64,000 nt of DNA, from NCBI GenBank assembly GCA_002269645.1, contig NIVC01001668.1, positions 189,393 to 253,392 of the forward strand. The letters run 5' to 3'. A model generated the notes under the pieces. It was not told the DNA's origin. It saw nothing but the letters and a program-made list of their open reading frames with translations, and made no database searches. This document shows, in pieces, positions 25,012 through 37,016 of the stretch. Position numbers and translations under genes: made by a program. Position 1 is the first letter of the stretch; every line of letters starts with the position of its first letter. Source of the DNA: Macrostomum lignano (lineage: Eukaryota).

Positions 25012-25819
25012 CGACCGTATACCGAGACCCCGAAAACCCCGGGTTTGGGCCATAGACTCTACCGGGTAGCTGCTGCCAGTGCTTGAGAGCATCAGAAGCT
25101 ACTGTCTATGGCCTTAACACCGCGGGGTTTTTCCTCTGCGACCTCGGATGACCCTCAGAAAATAGCACGAGAGCGTCAAGGTGAAATCAAGCAACAACAG
25201 TACAAAATTTCCCTAAAGGCAGCTTGCTTTTGTATTGTAGTAGCTAAACTTTAATTCTTTGATTGAAGTTTGTGACATATGAGTTATGAATCAAACTCAA
25301 CTTTTTTATACATTGTACGTGTTGTAATTAGCACCTAATTTGTAATTGCACTTATTTCCGTTTTTTTAAATTGCTTAAGAAAACTATAAAGGACCTAAGT
25401 AAAATATGCATTATTCTTAGCTGCTATTTGAAATCATATATACAGGACAGCAACTTTTGTGATCGTTTGATGTAGAAATTGGCGGGCTCTATGTTGGGGA
25501 CAGGCTGGGTGTTGGAGCTTAGCAGAATGTCTATGGTAGAAGTCTGTTTCTGATTCGCTGATGGAGTTCAGTGTTGATTAGGAGTTGTCAAAAATGAAGC
25601 GGACTTTTTGGGTACACATAATGATGGTAAAATGATGGAAAAAATAAATTTTATCAATGCTCTTCTATCAACTAACGACAACTAACGGAATTTTCCAGCC
25701 AAATTGAGCCTTGGAATTGAGTAGTTGAAGACTTGCTGTTCAATGTCTATTTGAAAAATTCTAAAATATGTGATCCTATTTTAGTATCATAGCTAGTTCC
25801 TAATCAGCTTAGTCTCGTT

Positions 25820-26008
25820 AATCAGCTAGTATCAGCTAGTATCAGCTAGTATCAGCTAGTATCAGCTAGTATCAGCTAGTATCAGCTAGTATCAGCTAGT
25901 ATCAGCTAGTATCAGCTAGTATCAGCTAGTATCAGCTAGTATCAGCTAGTATCGGCTAGTATCGGCTAGTATCAGCTAGTATCAGCTAGTATCAGCTAGT
26001 ATCAGCTA
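25820..26008. repeat. 10-bp tandem repeat (ATCAGCTAGT)n
   Basis: Read directly. The mirror copy at 47130-48400 is much longer. Confidence 0.95.
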
Positions 26009-26628
26009 AAGTCCAAAGTAAAACAGTCCAGCTACATTCCAAAGCCACGATCTACAACAATAGCCAGGGAGAATCAAATGGATTACAATTCGCCAGAGTC
26101 AGAGTAAAGGATGCTCAAGAGTCCTTGTAGCATCCAAATTGTAGCCGCAACGCTGATTTATTAATAAAATGATGCCATATGCCTACTCATCAGAAGCCTT
26201 TCCAAGAATAAACAATCGATGCTGAAAATATGAAGAGACAAAATTAGCACATAACGAATTAATTGACATTGTCACCCTGACGAAGAGGAAGTACGTGCTC
26301 CATGAAAATCAACTTCTCCCATTATTGACGCTCCTAGGAGTAACCGGCCCTGCTGGTATGAAAAAATTCTATCAGGAAGAGAGGAGGGGGGAGAATCATA
26401 ACTGTAATTTATGCACCTCTCCTTTCCCCAGTGTGTTCGCCGTCGCTTTTCAACTTCTCTCTCAGTGATTAACTATTCCGGTTGCCAATGACAACTCTTC
26501 AAACAATTGGGCAACGGCAGAGAGAGAGGGCATTTAAAACGGGTACCAGGAGCCAGACTGCTGCAGCACAAACATAGAAGAAAGCAAGGGAGCCCCTGTC
26601 TGAGTCTGCAAACTTCAGTGAGGCAGCG

Positions 26629-29600
26629 ATGTCTGATAAAAAAATGAGCAAAGAAGAAGAAGTCCATCAAGACAACCGAGACGAAAACGACGAGGAACGC
26701 AAAGCGTCGGTCTCGGTGTCGCTGCTAAGCTTCGCAGATTCCACCACTGCTCACGGGTTCTCTCGGCTGGCGGGCTCCTCAGGCCGAACTGGCAGCGGTC
26801 TGTGGCTGCTGTTTCTGCTGGCGGCCTACGCGGGCCTCTGCTACCACACCGCCACGCTGGTCCTCAAGTTCCAGAGCCACCCGGTGTCCACCAGCCTGAT
26901 TGCGGAGATTCCATTCCAGTATCCGGATATCTACCTGTGCAGCGCCAATCCTGTAGGCTACAGCCGCATCACCAAGTCCATCCAGAAGACGGCCGACTAC
27001 GCCTACCTGTACGAGACCAACGTGACGGCTTACAACTTGAAGCTGCAGAGTGACGTCATTAACAACAGTGCGGCGGATGTCAGCCTAGGAATCCACACTG
27101 CTTGGCTTAACTGGCAGTCACTAATTCTATCTACCAGGGTTAACATGTCACCGGGTGAGGCAGTGCTTTGGTTGTTCATTGTATGCCATTTTCACTGAAC
27201 ATTACACTATTCATTCAGGCAGTTTAACAGTTTGATTGATGCATCTTGAAGATGTTGATTTGATCTCGTGGTGCACGAAAGTAAGAATTCATCATTTAAA
27301 GACAATTCTTACTCATGTAGTCAATTGGTAGCTTTTGATTTAAGTTGCCACTTATTGCAAAACCAAAAACATTGCACCTGATCGTGCTAAAATTGTCTGA
27401 TTTACAGTGGGTAAAATGTTAGTTTTCCAAGTAAATAATTTGATTCAATCAGTTCGGCACGCTTCCTTGTTTGAGCAGCTTGAGCCATATGGGCTGAGCA
27501 CACTGCTTGTTGAGTGGTCTGTTGACGCTTAAAAAACTAAATTTGCAGGGCTACCTGCAGAGGGGAGCATAATTTCTGCTACAGTTTTTTGGTCTCAAGC
27601 GAACAGGAAATTTTAAGTCACAGCAGATGCGATTAACAGTAGTTAAGGTCCGACTGTGAATTTTTCATAAAGTTTGCCGGGCGCTACCCAAAAAGTTTTC
27701 GATGTCTTATTCAAACTAGAAGAGGTCTCAGGAAAGTCTGCTCAGCCCGTACCTTGCCTAAAAAGTCAAGTTGTTTGTCAAAGTTCTTATGCTACTTTCT
27801 GCTGCATTACATTTCAAATTTGACTTATTAATAACTTACTAAACAGAGTTGCGTCTCCTTACTTTGAGCACAATACCATAGCATATTGGGTTTCACTAGA
27901 TCAAGCATCTATATACCTGCAGACCTCCTCAACAGCTGTCGGATCTCTCTAAATGGCCAGGAGTTCACAGGAAATTACACCACAGCGCTCGCCTACAACC
28001 AGAGCCTGCAGCCGGTCCGAGTGCCCTGCGTCACCTGGTCGGAGGCCCGATCGCTCCTGATCAATATTTCATCCTATATTGGCAACCTGGTGCCCGACCT
28101 CAGCCACTCCTCGTGTCTGCACAACTCCAGTGTAAACATCTCGCTGATCAAGGCTGTGTTAGGCAAGTTCTTAAGCTAAAATTTCTGTTCTTGGTTCGTT
28201 AGAAAATGCTCGATCAGAAATTCAATCGAATCACACAGGCTCCTACGACGGTGACCAGAGTAGCTACACCATTGGCAGAGTCTTTCAAGGCCCGTTCTGC
28301 TTTCACAGATCCGCTAACAGCAGCAGCGGACTGGATATCAACTACTGCGGCGTGCCGTATTGCAGTGAGTTGCCAACTGGATAATCTGCCTGAAGCTTGC
28401 ATGGCTTCCTATGAAATTGCAGTGGCAATGTTTACCCATTCTGAATGCCAACTAGCCTGAGAGGGAATAGTTTCTAGCGCAAATAGCTATAAAGAATAAA
28501 ATTGCCAGATGCTGCAGTTGACATGCCTATAATTCAGATGTAGATCCTTGACGCAGCATTCCCGCAAAAACAGATGTCTTTTACCCGGATATCCTTGATG
28601 TACGCAGACAAGGCCAACAACACTCTGTCCGGCTGCACATCATTCAACTCGAACATATCCGTGAACACGGTTTTCATGGGCAGCGTGAGGACGTCACGAT
28701 CCGGCAGGACCTGTCAGCCCTGGCAAGCCCTGGTTAACGGCAGTCTCAGCACACAGTTCCGCAACCTCGATCCGGTCATGGAGTTCCGCGTGTTCCTGCC
28801 CGACCCCGAATCTGTTGCGAATGTTGGAAGCGATTGCCGCAGCGCCGCAGTGATGTACAGGGACCCCAGAAAGGGACTGGGCTGGCGACCCATCACTGAG
28901 CTCATCATTGATGGACAGGTGACCCAAGAGCCTTGGTGTCTAGTTGAGAAGCCAGGCTACAAGAATCTGACAATGGAGAGCTGCAGCGTGCCCGACTGCT
29001 GTGAGTTCCTAATGACTATTTTAAAGGGACAGCACGGTCCTCATATTCTAAAAGTACGTAGAAAAACTTACTTTTTGAAAATCCAAATTGCAGCATCTTC
29101 GCTGAAGTGCATCTCAGGCCTGCTGCACCAGAAGTACGGACCTCACGTGCTCTCCAAGCTGGTCGGTCCGAGCTTGGACGTCACCCTGCTCGACTGCAGC
29201 TTCGGTGACAAGAAGTGCACACCGGCTGACTTCACTGCGCTGCACCATCCCTACTACGGCGCCTGCTACAAGTTCAACAGCGCTCCGTTCCTTCGAGACC
29301 TGACGCCGATGCAGCACGGTTTGCGTCCGCTCAGTCTGAAGCTATTCGCCGACGATCACGACTACCTGGGGAACCGGCGTCCGGACACCTTCACGGCCGT
29401 CCGAGCAGTCATGGGCGGCCCGTACAATCTCGGAGAAGCGAGTGACCCGGCTGGATTCAACTTGATCCTGATGCCGCCGGGAGCTTATCCGGGCACCTCA
29501 CATGCCATTCCAATTTACACGGGGGCTCGGTCCACTGTTCGAATAAGCTACTTCGAGGACACGGACAACACAACAAGAGGTTTTTGCAACCCTCTGAAGT

Positions 29601-32600
29601 CAAGCACCAACTACAGTATCTACAGCTGGAGCCCGACCGTGCTTCGACCAAGATACGAGCAGAGCTTTTCGATGCTGGATCCGTACTTTTTGTGAGTTTG
29701 AGCAACTTTAGCTCATGTAAATGTAAAAAGCCGTTTTACTTCTTATATGTTGTGAGATTGTATTTCCGTTGATTTGTTTAAAAAATGAAAATGCAAATTA
29801 TTTCTTTTCGCAAATGATATTGATATCGCTTTTGACAAGCTAAATGGAAATTTGGACAATCAAAACGGGACGCAATAGACATTCAAGCCAGGCCGCAGAC
29901 TCGGGCTGCTTGGGAATACACAACCATAGAGTGTGAAATGGACAATCAAAACGGGACGCAATAGACATTCAAGCCAGGCCGCAGACTCGGGCTGCTTGGG
30001 AATACACAACCATAGAGTGTGAAATGGACAATCAAAACGGGACGCAATAGACATTCAAGCCAGGCCGCAGACTCGGGCTGCTTGGGAATACACAACCATA
30101 GAGTGTGAAATGGACAATCAAAATGAAAAAAAGCCATTCAAAACGGGAATTTGCCCAATGTAATGTATTTTTTATATCTCGGGCCACTGGAATATTTAAA
30201 AGTGAAGAAAGTGCCAGTTACCGGAAGATTCTTGCTCTTGTTCAATCGCATCTATGAGCCGCTGGCGATCTGCTACAGGAATTGGTGACGCCATTGAATG
30301 GGATCGCTTTCAGGCCAAAGACGAGCAAGCAGGAGAGGGAGGGACAGAGAGCTATAAAATCTCAGTCCGATTTCCGTTTTGAATCGCTTTTTACCATATC
30401 GAAGGTCCAAAGTTATAGTCTATGGCCAAGCCTCCCTCAGTAGACTCTGAAAGAACTGTTTAAGTCCATGACTAGGGTGAGATCTGTGGCCTGGCTTGAA
30501 TGTCTATGGCGTCCCGTTTTGATTGTCCAAATTCCCATTAATATCGCCAAAAGCGATAATACGAAGCTCATTGTCTAACAATTTGACGTAAACACCACAC
30601 CCCAAGGGAAGGGAAGACGGACGCGAGTGTTTGCGAGTATCGAGTACAGTGCGAGTGGATGCGACGGTCCAAAATCCGAAAAATGATGGGAAAAATAGTG
30701 AAAGAAAAACGGGGGGCACGCAGAATTCTGGTCACGCTTGCAAGCAAAATAAAATAAGCAGTCATTAAAACAGCACTTAATCGATAAAACAACAGTCATC
30801 ATTGCAAAAAAGATAAAATACAAAATAAGAAAAGTGCACGAGTTGAGAAGAAAGAAACCAGAGCATTTGAGTCCAAGCCAGAGGAAAAAGAAAGCAGACA
30901 GCACACAAGCTTCTACCCAGAGCAGGCAAACGAAAAATTATAGGCATTGAGACAGTTTGCGAACAGCCGCCAGCTGGAGGTCGAAGCCTTTCTCCAGCCC
31001 CAGGTACACCTCAACCGCCGAGCTCCGCCAGTCGCCCAGGGCCTTGACGACCGGCAGCGGCACACCGGCGCGGAACGCCAGCGAGGCGCCGCCGCGTCGA
31101 AGGCTGTGAGGGGACAGAGACCGGTCTGCCAGGCCGGCACGGTGGACGACGTGCTGAAACAGGCGACAGAACCGGGTGCCGGTCAGAGGCGTCAGGCCGC
31201 CGCTGCTTCGGTAGGCGAAGAGGTGGGCAGCAGCGGCGCGGTCGGGCTGGTTGATGCGCAGGTGGTGAAGCAGCGCTGCCACCGGGCAGAGCGGGTGCTG
31301 CGCGCGTGCCGGAGGCGCGCAGGACAACGCGGTGCACTCGCTGGCGGAACTGGTTCGTCTTGGAGCGCCGAATGTGCAGGATGGCCAGATCCGGTGATAC
31401 TTGCAGGTCGCCGCAGGTGACCGCCTCGCCGGCTGGTGGGAACGGTTTCGAGCAGCACAGATTGGCGCGGCGCAGGAGGCCCCAGAATCCGACCAGGGCC
31501 GCCGCCCAGAAGGCTGCATCTTGAGGCTGCTGCAGGCGCAGGGTTCCTCGCAGTTTGAGGAGGTCACCCAGAGTGATGGGCGCCTTGCGCACCGGCGGCT
31601 TGGCGAGTTTGCGCTGCACACCGCGGAGGAGCAGGTCGAGGCGGGGGTCGCGAGGAAGGCCGCGGCCGGTCTGGAGCTTGCAGTGCAGGTCTGCGGCGTT
31701 AATGTACGCACCGACGCTGGCATGCGAGGAGAGGCGGTCGGACAGCGCGATGATGTCGTGCGCGACCTGCTGCAGAGACGGTCTGGTGCTGTCGATGCGC
31801 ATCTGCTTGCAGAACCGCTTCCAGGAGTCGATCTGGCAGCGGTAAGAGCGCGCGGTTGTCTCAGCGAAGGCCAGGTGGCAGAGCTCGCGGTAGCGCTTGC
31901 TGAAGTTCGCGCTCGGGACTTGAGGCGGGCGATTTGTAGGGCGAGAAATTCGCAGGTGGCTGGCGAGAGGGTGTGCTCTCTAAGGTTGCTAAGGTCAACG
32001 TGAACAGAGCCAAAGAGCCGGAGCAGGAAGTTTGTCAGCTCGCTGATGTCATCGGCTCGGCTGCCACTATCAGCGAAGATCTGGAATGTCCCAGGGACGT
32101 GGAAGGCCTGGACGGAGAGGTCGCGGTGCGCAGCGAGGAGCATCAGCTGTTGCAGAGCCGAGTTGACGACCCGATTTGGCGACGAGCCCTTGTTGATGGC
32201 GCCGACTGCGGCGGTGCTGTTAGAGTAGATCACAAGCTGGCTGCCCAGTTGCAGCTGCTGCTGGAAATGCAGGGCCGTAAGCACTGGCGCGAGACTTTCC
32301 TTGAAGTTGATGTGGTTGAGTCGCGGTGCCAGTCCATGATGAGCCAACTGGTGGTGTCTGGGCCGCGGATGATGCCGCAGCCGCCCCAGTTGGACGCGTC
32401 GGACTCGATGGCCCAGCTGGGCCCGTGGAACGCCAGATTTTGCAGCTGGGGGAGGCGGCCAGGCAGGCGTCCCACCAGCTGGATCTCGCGGAGATCATTG
32501 TGCACGCGCAGTTTGTGCCGCTGCTGCTTCAGGTCGCTGAGCTCGAGCAGGAGTGGTCTCAGGAAGCACCTCCCAATGCGGACCACCTGGCAGACCCAGT

Positions 32601-34879
32601 TGATGCGGCCACAAAGCGATTGGAGTTGGCGCTTGGTGATGCGCTTGCGAGAGAGCGCGGACTGCAGCTGAGACTTGGTGGCGTCGAGCTTGTCCTTCGG
32701 AAGCTCCAGCAGGCCGCTGACGGTGTCGATGAGGACGCCCAGGTAGACCAGTCTGGTGCACGGCGCCACCACCTTGCTCCAGTTGATGGAGAAGCCAAGC
32801 TTCCGCAGCAGATTGAGCAGGGTGTCGAGAGCGAGCTGGCAGTCGTCCTTGCTGGAGGCTGCTATGGCGAAGTCGTCGAGATAGCTGCCGATATCGTTGA
32901 AGCCCCGTCTCTGCATCATGCGCTTGACGGCCTGGCTCAGGCGGTGAAAAACTTCCACGGAGGCAGCAGCGCCAAAGGGGAGCCGCGTGTCGCAGATGTA
33001 CGAATCGCTGCGCTGGTCGCTGAATTTCCACTTCAAGCCGGTGAGCCGAAAATCGTGCGGGCTGATGCCGACACTCCGGTAGGCATTGGCGAGGTCGACT
33101 TTGGCCATGAACCAACCGGGCTGCAGCTTGGCGGTGAAGTAACTGACGGTCTCGAACTTGATTCGGTAGTCGGAAGAAAATCGGCTGTTTAGGGAGAGAC
33201 CCGGAGGGTTGGAGCAGTCGTGGGTGAGTCGAATCTTGTTGTTGCCCTTCGGAATGGCGCCAAGGGCGCTGATGACCTCCGGTTTGTCACTGACTTGAAC
33301 GTAGCGGCCATCAAGGATTTCCTCTCGCACCTGCTGCTCGACCAGCTGCCGGTAACTGTTGACTTATAGGTAGTTCTGGATTTCTGACATAGTTGAGGCT
33401 CTTTCTGACGGGTCAGGGCAGGTGAGTTGGAAGCCGTTGCGGATGCCATTCAGCAGGAATTCGCGGTCAGGATCGTCAGCCAGCTCAGCTTCCCAGGCGG
33501 CTGTGGCGAGGTCGGATGAGAAAACAACGGACTCGAGGGGCTTGGGACAGGGCCAGCCGGGGGGCAGCGGGGGTTCGACTTTGGCTTCCGCCGGGGCAGC
33601 TGCGCTGCCAGTTGAGCCCCCGGCCGGCAGAGATCGCGTTGCCGCCCTGACTTGACTTTGGTGCCAGAATGTGCTTGGATAGCAGCTGCAGCGACTCCCG
33701 CTCCCAGCTGCCGCTCGACTGATGTTGCAGGATCCTGAAGTCTTCATCGTAACAGTTGAGGGTGGCCTGACTGAAACCCTGGTGCATAAACTCGCCGAAC
33801 TGCACACAGTAGCGAACGTAGGCCTTCAGCTGTTCAAGATCCACCGCGCCATCCTTAACGGTGACCAGGGAACCTCGTCGAGGAGTTTCAGCAGGATTCG
33901 GTTGCTGCCTGCTACCCACTGACCCGCCGAGATCTGCTCAGTCCAGACTCTGGACTTCTCGCCGGAGGCAGGCTCCTCGCCATCACGGTTGATAAAGTCC
34001 TTTACCAGAAGGGGCTTTGACGGTCCCGACGGCCTGGCAGAAGTGCTGTAGAGGCCTTGAAGGCCCAGGTCTGGCAGTCCCAGCTCCGGCTCATAGGCAG
34101 CAGGGGACCGGTCAATCGGCAAGGGGCTCCGCAACTTACGGCTCTGTTGGCAAGGCTTGTTCTTCAGCTCAGCCTCGATCTCAGCGGTCTGGCGTTGGAG
34201 AGTCCGTTGGAGAGACTTGCAACTCTCGCTTGCGACCGCCACTGGGGAGTCCCAGTTGGCGTAGACGGTCTCTAAGCTGCCTTGCAGTCATTTGGTCAAT
34301 TAAAATTTCGGCCATTGCAATTGCAGCCTAGGCAGCACTCACGGCACTCCGTACGATTAAAAAAAATTTCATGCAGCGCGAGAAAGGTGAGGCAGGCTGA
34401 GTAAAAGCTAGGTGATATAAACCTCACGGCGGAGGGGTGCAGTGCAGAGGGGGACTTGGGGTGGGTGTTTACAACCACAACAAACGCCGATTGGACACAT
34501 CATTGTTTATTTCTTACAATATCGCTTACAATAGTCGTTTTTAATCACTGCCTTCAACTTTCCACTTTAACTTTCCAGCGAATTCAACAGCAGCAGCTGG
34601 TCTTCGAGGACAACCAGGAGTCTTGCGCCAATCTCGCCGTTGTCGAAGAGTTCGTTGGAAAGTGCGGCTGCCTGCCGTATCCGCTGCCAATTCCGACAAA
34701 GTACATCAACATTCCCGATGCTTTACTTTGGAGAACTCCAGTTCGGCCGGCATCGACCAGCTGTTGACAAACCGAGGCCTGCGCCATCAACTTGTTCAAC
34801 CAGTTTTGAGACGCTCACTGAAACCTTCTGGGCGAAGTGCAGGCCGAACTGCGGAAAGCCAAAATACTTGACGCAGCTG
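26629..34879 (+). CDS. DEG/ENaC gene B (paralog of A) with two kringle-like modules; 6 exons seen, TM2 exon absent before the gap
   Basis: Exons 26629-27154, 27923-28162, 28239-28364, 28608-29000, 29094-29691, 34579-34879, with the same intron positions and phases as A. Exon 6 has 1-bp homopolymer indels that differ from those in the mirror copy. Confidence 0.85.
27923..28364 (+). other. Kringle-like module 1 of gene B (exons 2-3)
   Basis: SCRISLNGQEFTG...PCVTW...SSCLHN...GPFCF...INYCGVPYC. Confidence 0.75.
28608..29000 (+). other. Kringle-like module 2 of gene B (exon 4)
   Basis: GC...FMGSVRTSRSGRTCQPW...DCRS...EPWCLV...ESCSVPDC. Confidence 0.87.
29824..30558. mobile_element. MITE-like element with ~50-bp TIRs and three tandem 86-bp copies of one TIR-containing unit
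   Basis: TTTGGACAATCAAAACGGGACGC(A/C)ATAGACATTCAAGCCAGGCC near 29851 and its reverse complement at about 30488-30535. An outer TATCGCTTTTG is also inverted. No TSD identified. Confidence 0.7.
30938..31900 (-). pseudogene. Tyrosine recombinase ORF of the left element (frameshifted near 31310-31330)
   Basis: N-terminal AETTARSYRCQIDSWKRFC plus the catalytic R...HxxR...W...Y. The mirror copy reads through this position. Confidence 0.85.
32046..33620 (-). pseudogene. RT/RNase H (pol) of the left element
   Basis: WEAELADDPDREFLLNGIRNGF...DLANAYRSV...LPFGAAAS...YLDDF...YLGVLIDT. In-frame TAA at 33364-33366 and frameshifts in RNase H. Confidence 0.88.
33485..34315 (-). pseudogene. gag-like ORF1 with N-terminal SAP-like motif (frameshifted)
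   Basis: MAEILIDQMTARQLRDRLRQLGLPSGGRKRELQ, then YVRYCVQFGEF...CYDEDFRILQHQSSGSW. Confidence 0.7.
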
Positions 34880-36069
34880 GTGAGTCAGGCTTAGTCCAGT
34901 TGCCCAAAGTGTATAGGTTTGTTTAGGTAATTATTTTTACTATCGTGCTTTCAAAAATTTGATATGACTTGGCCTTTTCTTAGTAACCCTGTTGATATTC
35001 GTAGAGCCTTTGTTTAAAAACTCAGGGTTCTCTGTCAATTTAAAATTCCACATGCATGTCCGGTGCCTAATAATCATAAAAATGGCATACGATCGTATAT
35101 TAGCCTTTTGTTCTGAACGAAAAGCTCTACGAATATCGATAGAGCTACAAGAAAGGCAAATCATGTCAAAAGATGAACTTCGGGTCTGCTTCCAATATAA
35201 AGCAATTACAATTTTTTTGTGCTGAAAAAATTAAATCCTCCATTCTCCGTAATGTATTTTTCGGTAAAACCTGCCTCTTGAGCATCTCCTCTTCTCAATC
35301 TCGTCCTTCTCCTTGAGAATTTACACTTATAACTAGATGATTGATGAATGCTTCGTGTTAAGACTGATCAAAGTAAGAAAGAAATTTTCAGTCAAGAATC
35401 GCTTGAGAAGTTTGTTTAACGTCACGAACATCATACAATACGTGTTCGACATTCATTTCAGTGCAAAAGTGCATTCTTGATTTGACTTGGCACAGGGGGT
35501 TCTGGGAATCCGAATCCGGATAGAGCGGGGAGGCGTTGTCGCCCATTCCGCTAACCTCTGGCGACCACGGGCAGCTGGTGCTGCGGTGTCGCGCAGGGAG
35601 ACCGGTGGTGCCGGTGTTCGCAGCGCGGTCCCCCTCCCGGTCTCCCTCGCTCGCCCGGCTGCCCTTGGGTAGCGGATGAGCTGGCAGAGATTCTCGGGCC
35701 TGAAAACGGGTCGAGGTAGATGAGCCTGTCCTAAATAGAGGCAGGGCATTCTCAGATGAAGTGCTCCGCATTTTCAACAACGGAAAGGCGCTAGGAGGCG
35801 CTAGCACACCTCTCCCTGTGCTTGGTTGTCACCCACTGGTTAAATCCAAGTGGTGACAATTACAAAATGTCTATAAGAAGCTTGTTGCGCAAACAGAACC
35901 AAAATTCGAGTATTTCCAGTTGAGAACAACTAGTGCTTTTGGTGTCAAAAAAATCCCTTTTCTATATATTTTCCTATGCTAAAATCTGGTGGGATCCAAG
36001 CATTAATCACAAAGTTATTCACGAAACAAGTTGTAAAGTTACTTATGGGACACCCTGTATTTCCAATTG

Positions 36070-37016
36070 NNNNNNNNNNNNNNNNNNNNNNNNNNNNNNN
36101 NNNNNNNNNNNNNNNNNNNNNNNNNNNNNNNNNNNNNNNNNNNNNNNNNNNNNNNNNNNNNNNNNNNNNNNNNNNNNNNNNNNNNNNNNNNNNNNNNNNN
36201 NNNNNNNNNNNNNNNNNNNNNNNNNNNNNNNNNNNNNNNNNNNNNNNNNNNNNNNNNNNNNNNNNNNNNNNNNNNNNNNNNNNNNNNNNNNNNNNNNNNN
36301 NNNNNNNNNNNNNNNNNNNNNNNNNNNNNNNNNNNNNNNNNNNNNNNNNNNNNNNNNNNNNNNNNNNNNNNNNNNNNNNNNNNNNNNNNNNNNNNNNNNN
36401 NNNNNNNNNNNNNNNNNNNNNNNNNNNNNNNNNNNNNNNNNNNNNNNNNNNNNNNNNNNNNNNNNNNNNNNNNNNNNNNNNNNNNNNNNNNNNNNNNNNN
36501 NNNNNNNNNNNNNNNNNNNNNNNNNNNNNNNNNNNNNNNNNNNNNNNNNNNNNNNNNNNNNNNNNNNNNNNNNNNNNNNNNNNNNNNNNNNNNNNNNNNN
36601 NNNNNNNNNNNNNNNNNNNNNNNNNNNNNNNNNNNNNNNNNNNNNNNNNNNNNNNNNNNNNNNNNNNNNNNNNNNNNNNNNNNNNNNNNNNNNNNNNNNN
36701 NNNNNNNNNNNNNNNNNNNNNNNNNNNNNNNNNNNNNNNNNNNNNNNNNNNNNNNNNNNNNNNNNNNNNNNNNNNNNNNNNNNNNNNNNNNNNNNNNNNN
36801 NNNNNNNNNNNNNNNNNNNNNNNNNNNNNNNNNNNNNNNNNNNNNNNNNNNNNNNNNNNNNNNNNNNNNNNNNNNNNNNNNNNNNNNNNNNNNNNNNNNN
36901 NNNNNNNNNNNNNNNNNNNNNNNNNNNNNNNNNNNNNNNNNNNNNNNNNNNNNNNNNNNNNNNNNNNNNNNNNNNNNNNNNNNNNNNNNNNNNNNNNNNN
37001 NNNNNNNNNNNNNNNN
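36070..37016. other. Assembly gap (947 N) at the centre of the inverted duplication
   Basis: Run of N. Confidence 1.

Larger units (their letters stand above)
30588..34472 (-). mobile_element. Tyrosine-recombinase (DIRS-order, Ngaro-like domain content) retrotransposon, degenerate, antisense in intron 5 of gene B
   Basis: gag-like ORF1, RT (LPFG, YLDDF), RNase H (AIESDASNWG, INFKE, ADSGSR) and YR (LLRRANL, RSKTNQ, HSLRR, GDWRS, VY), all on one strand. Imperfect ~19-bp inverted repeats at 30588-30606 and 34455-34472 are taken as the ends. Confidence 0.9.
18628..36069 (+). repeat. Left arm of a large inverted duplication
   Basis: Reverse-complement homologous to 37017-64000, with the same genes, transposons and microsatellites in mirror order. 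Confidence 0.95.

Noticed and set aside
31973-33192. Long antisense ORFs over the retrotransposon (232 and 288 aa, mirrored at 39852-41071)
   Set aside because: These are shadow ORFs of GC-rich pol/YR coding sequence with no recognisable motifs.
34579-34879. Gene B as a frameshifted pseudogene
   Set aside because: The 1-bp indels in exon 6 differ between B and B', and the combined consensus is open (EFNSSSWVFEDNQESC...CRPNCGKPKYLTQL). This points to sequencing error near contig ends.
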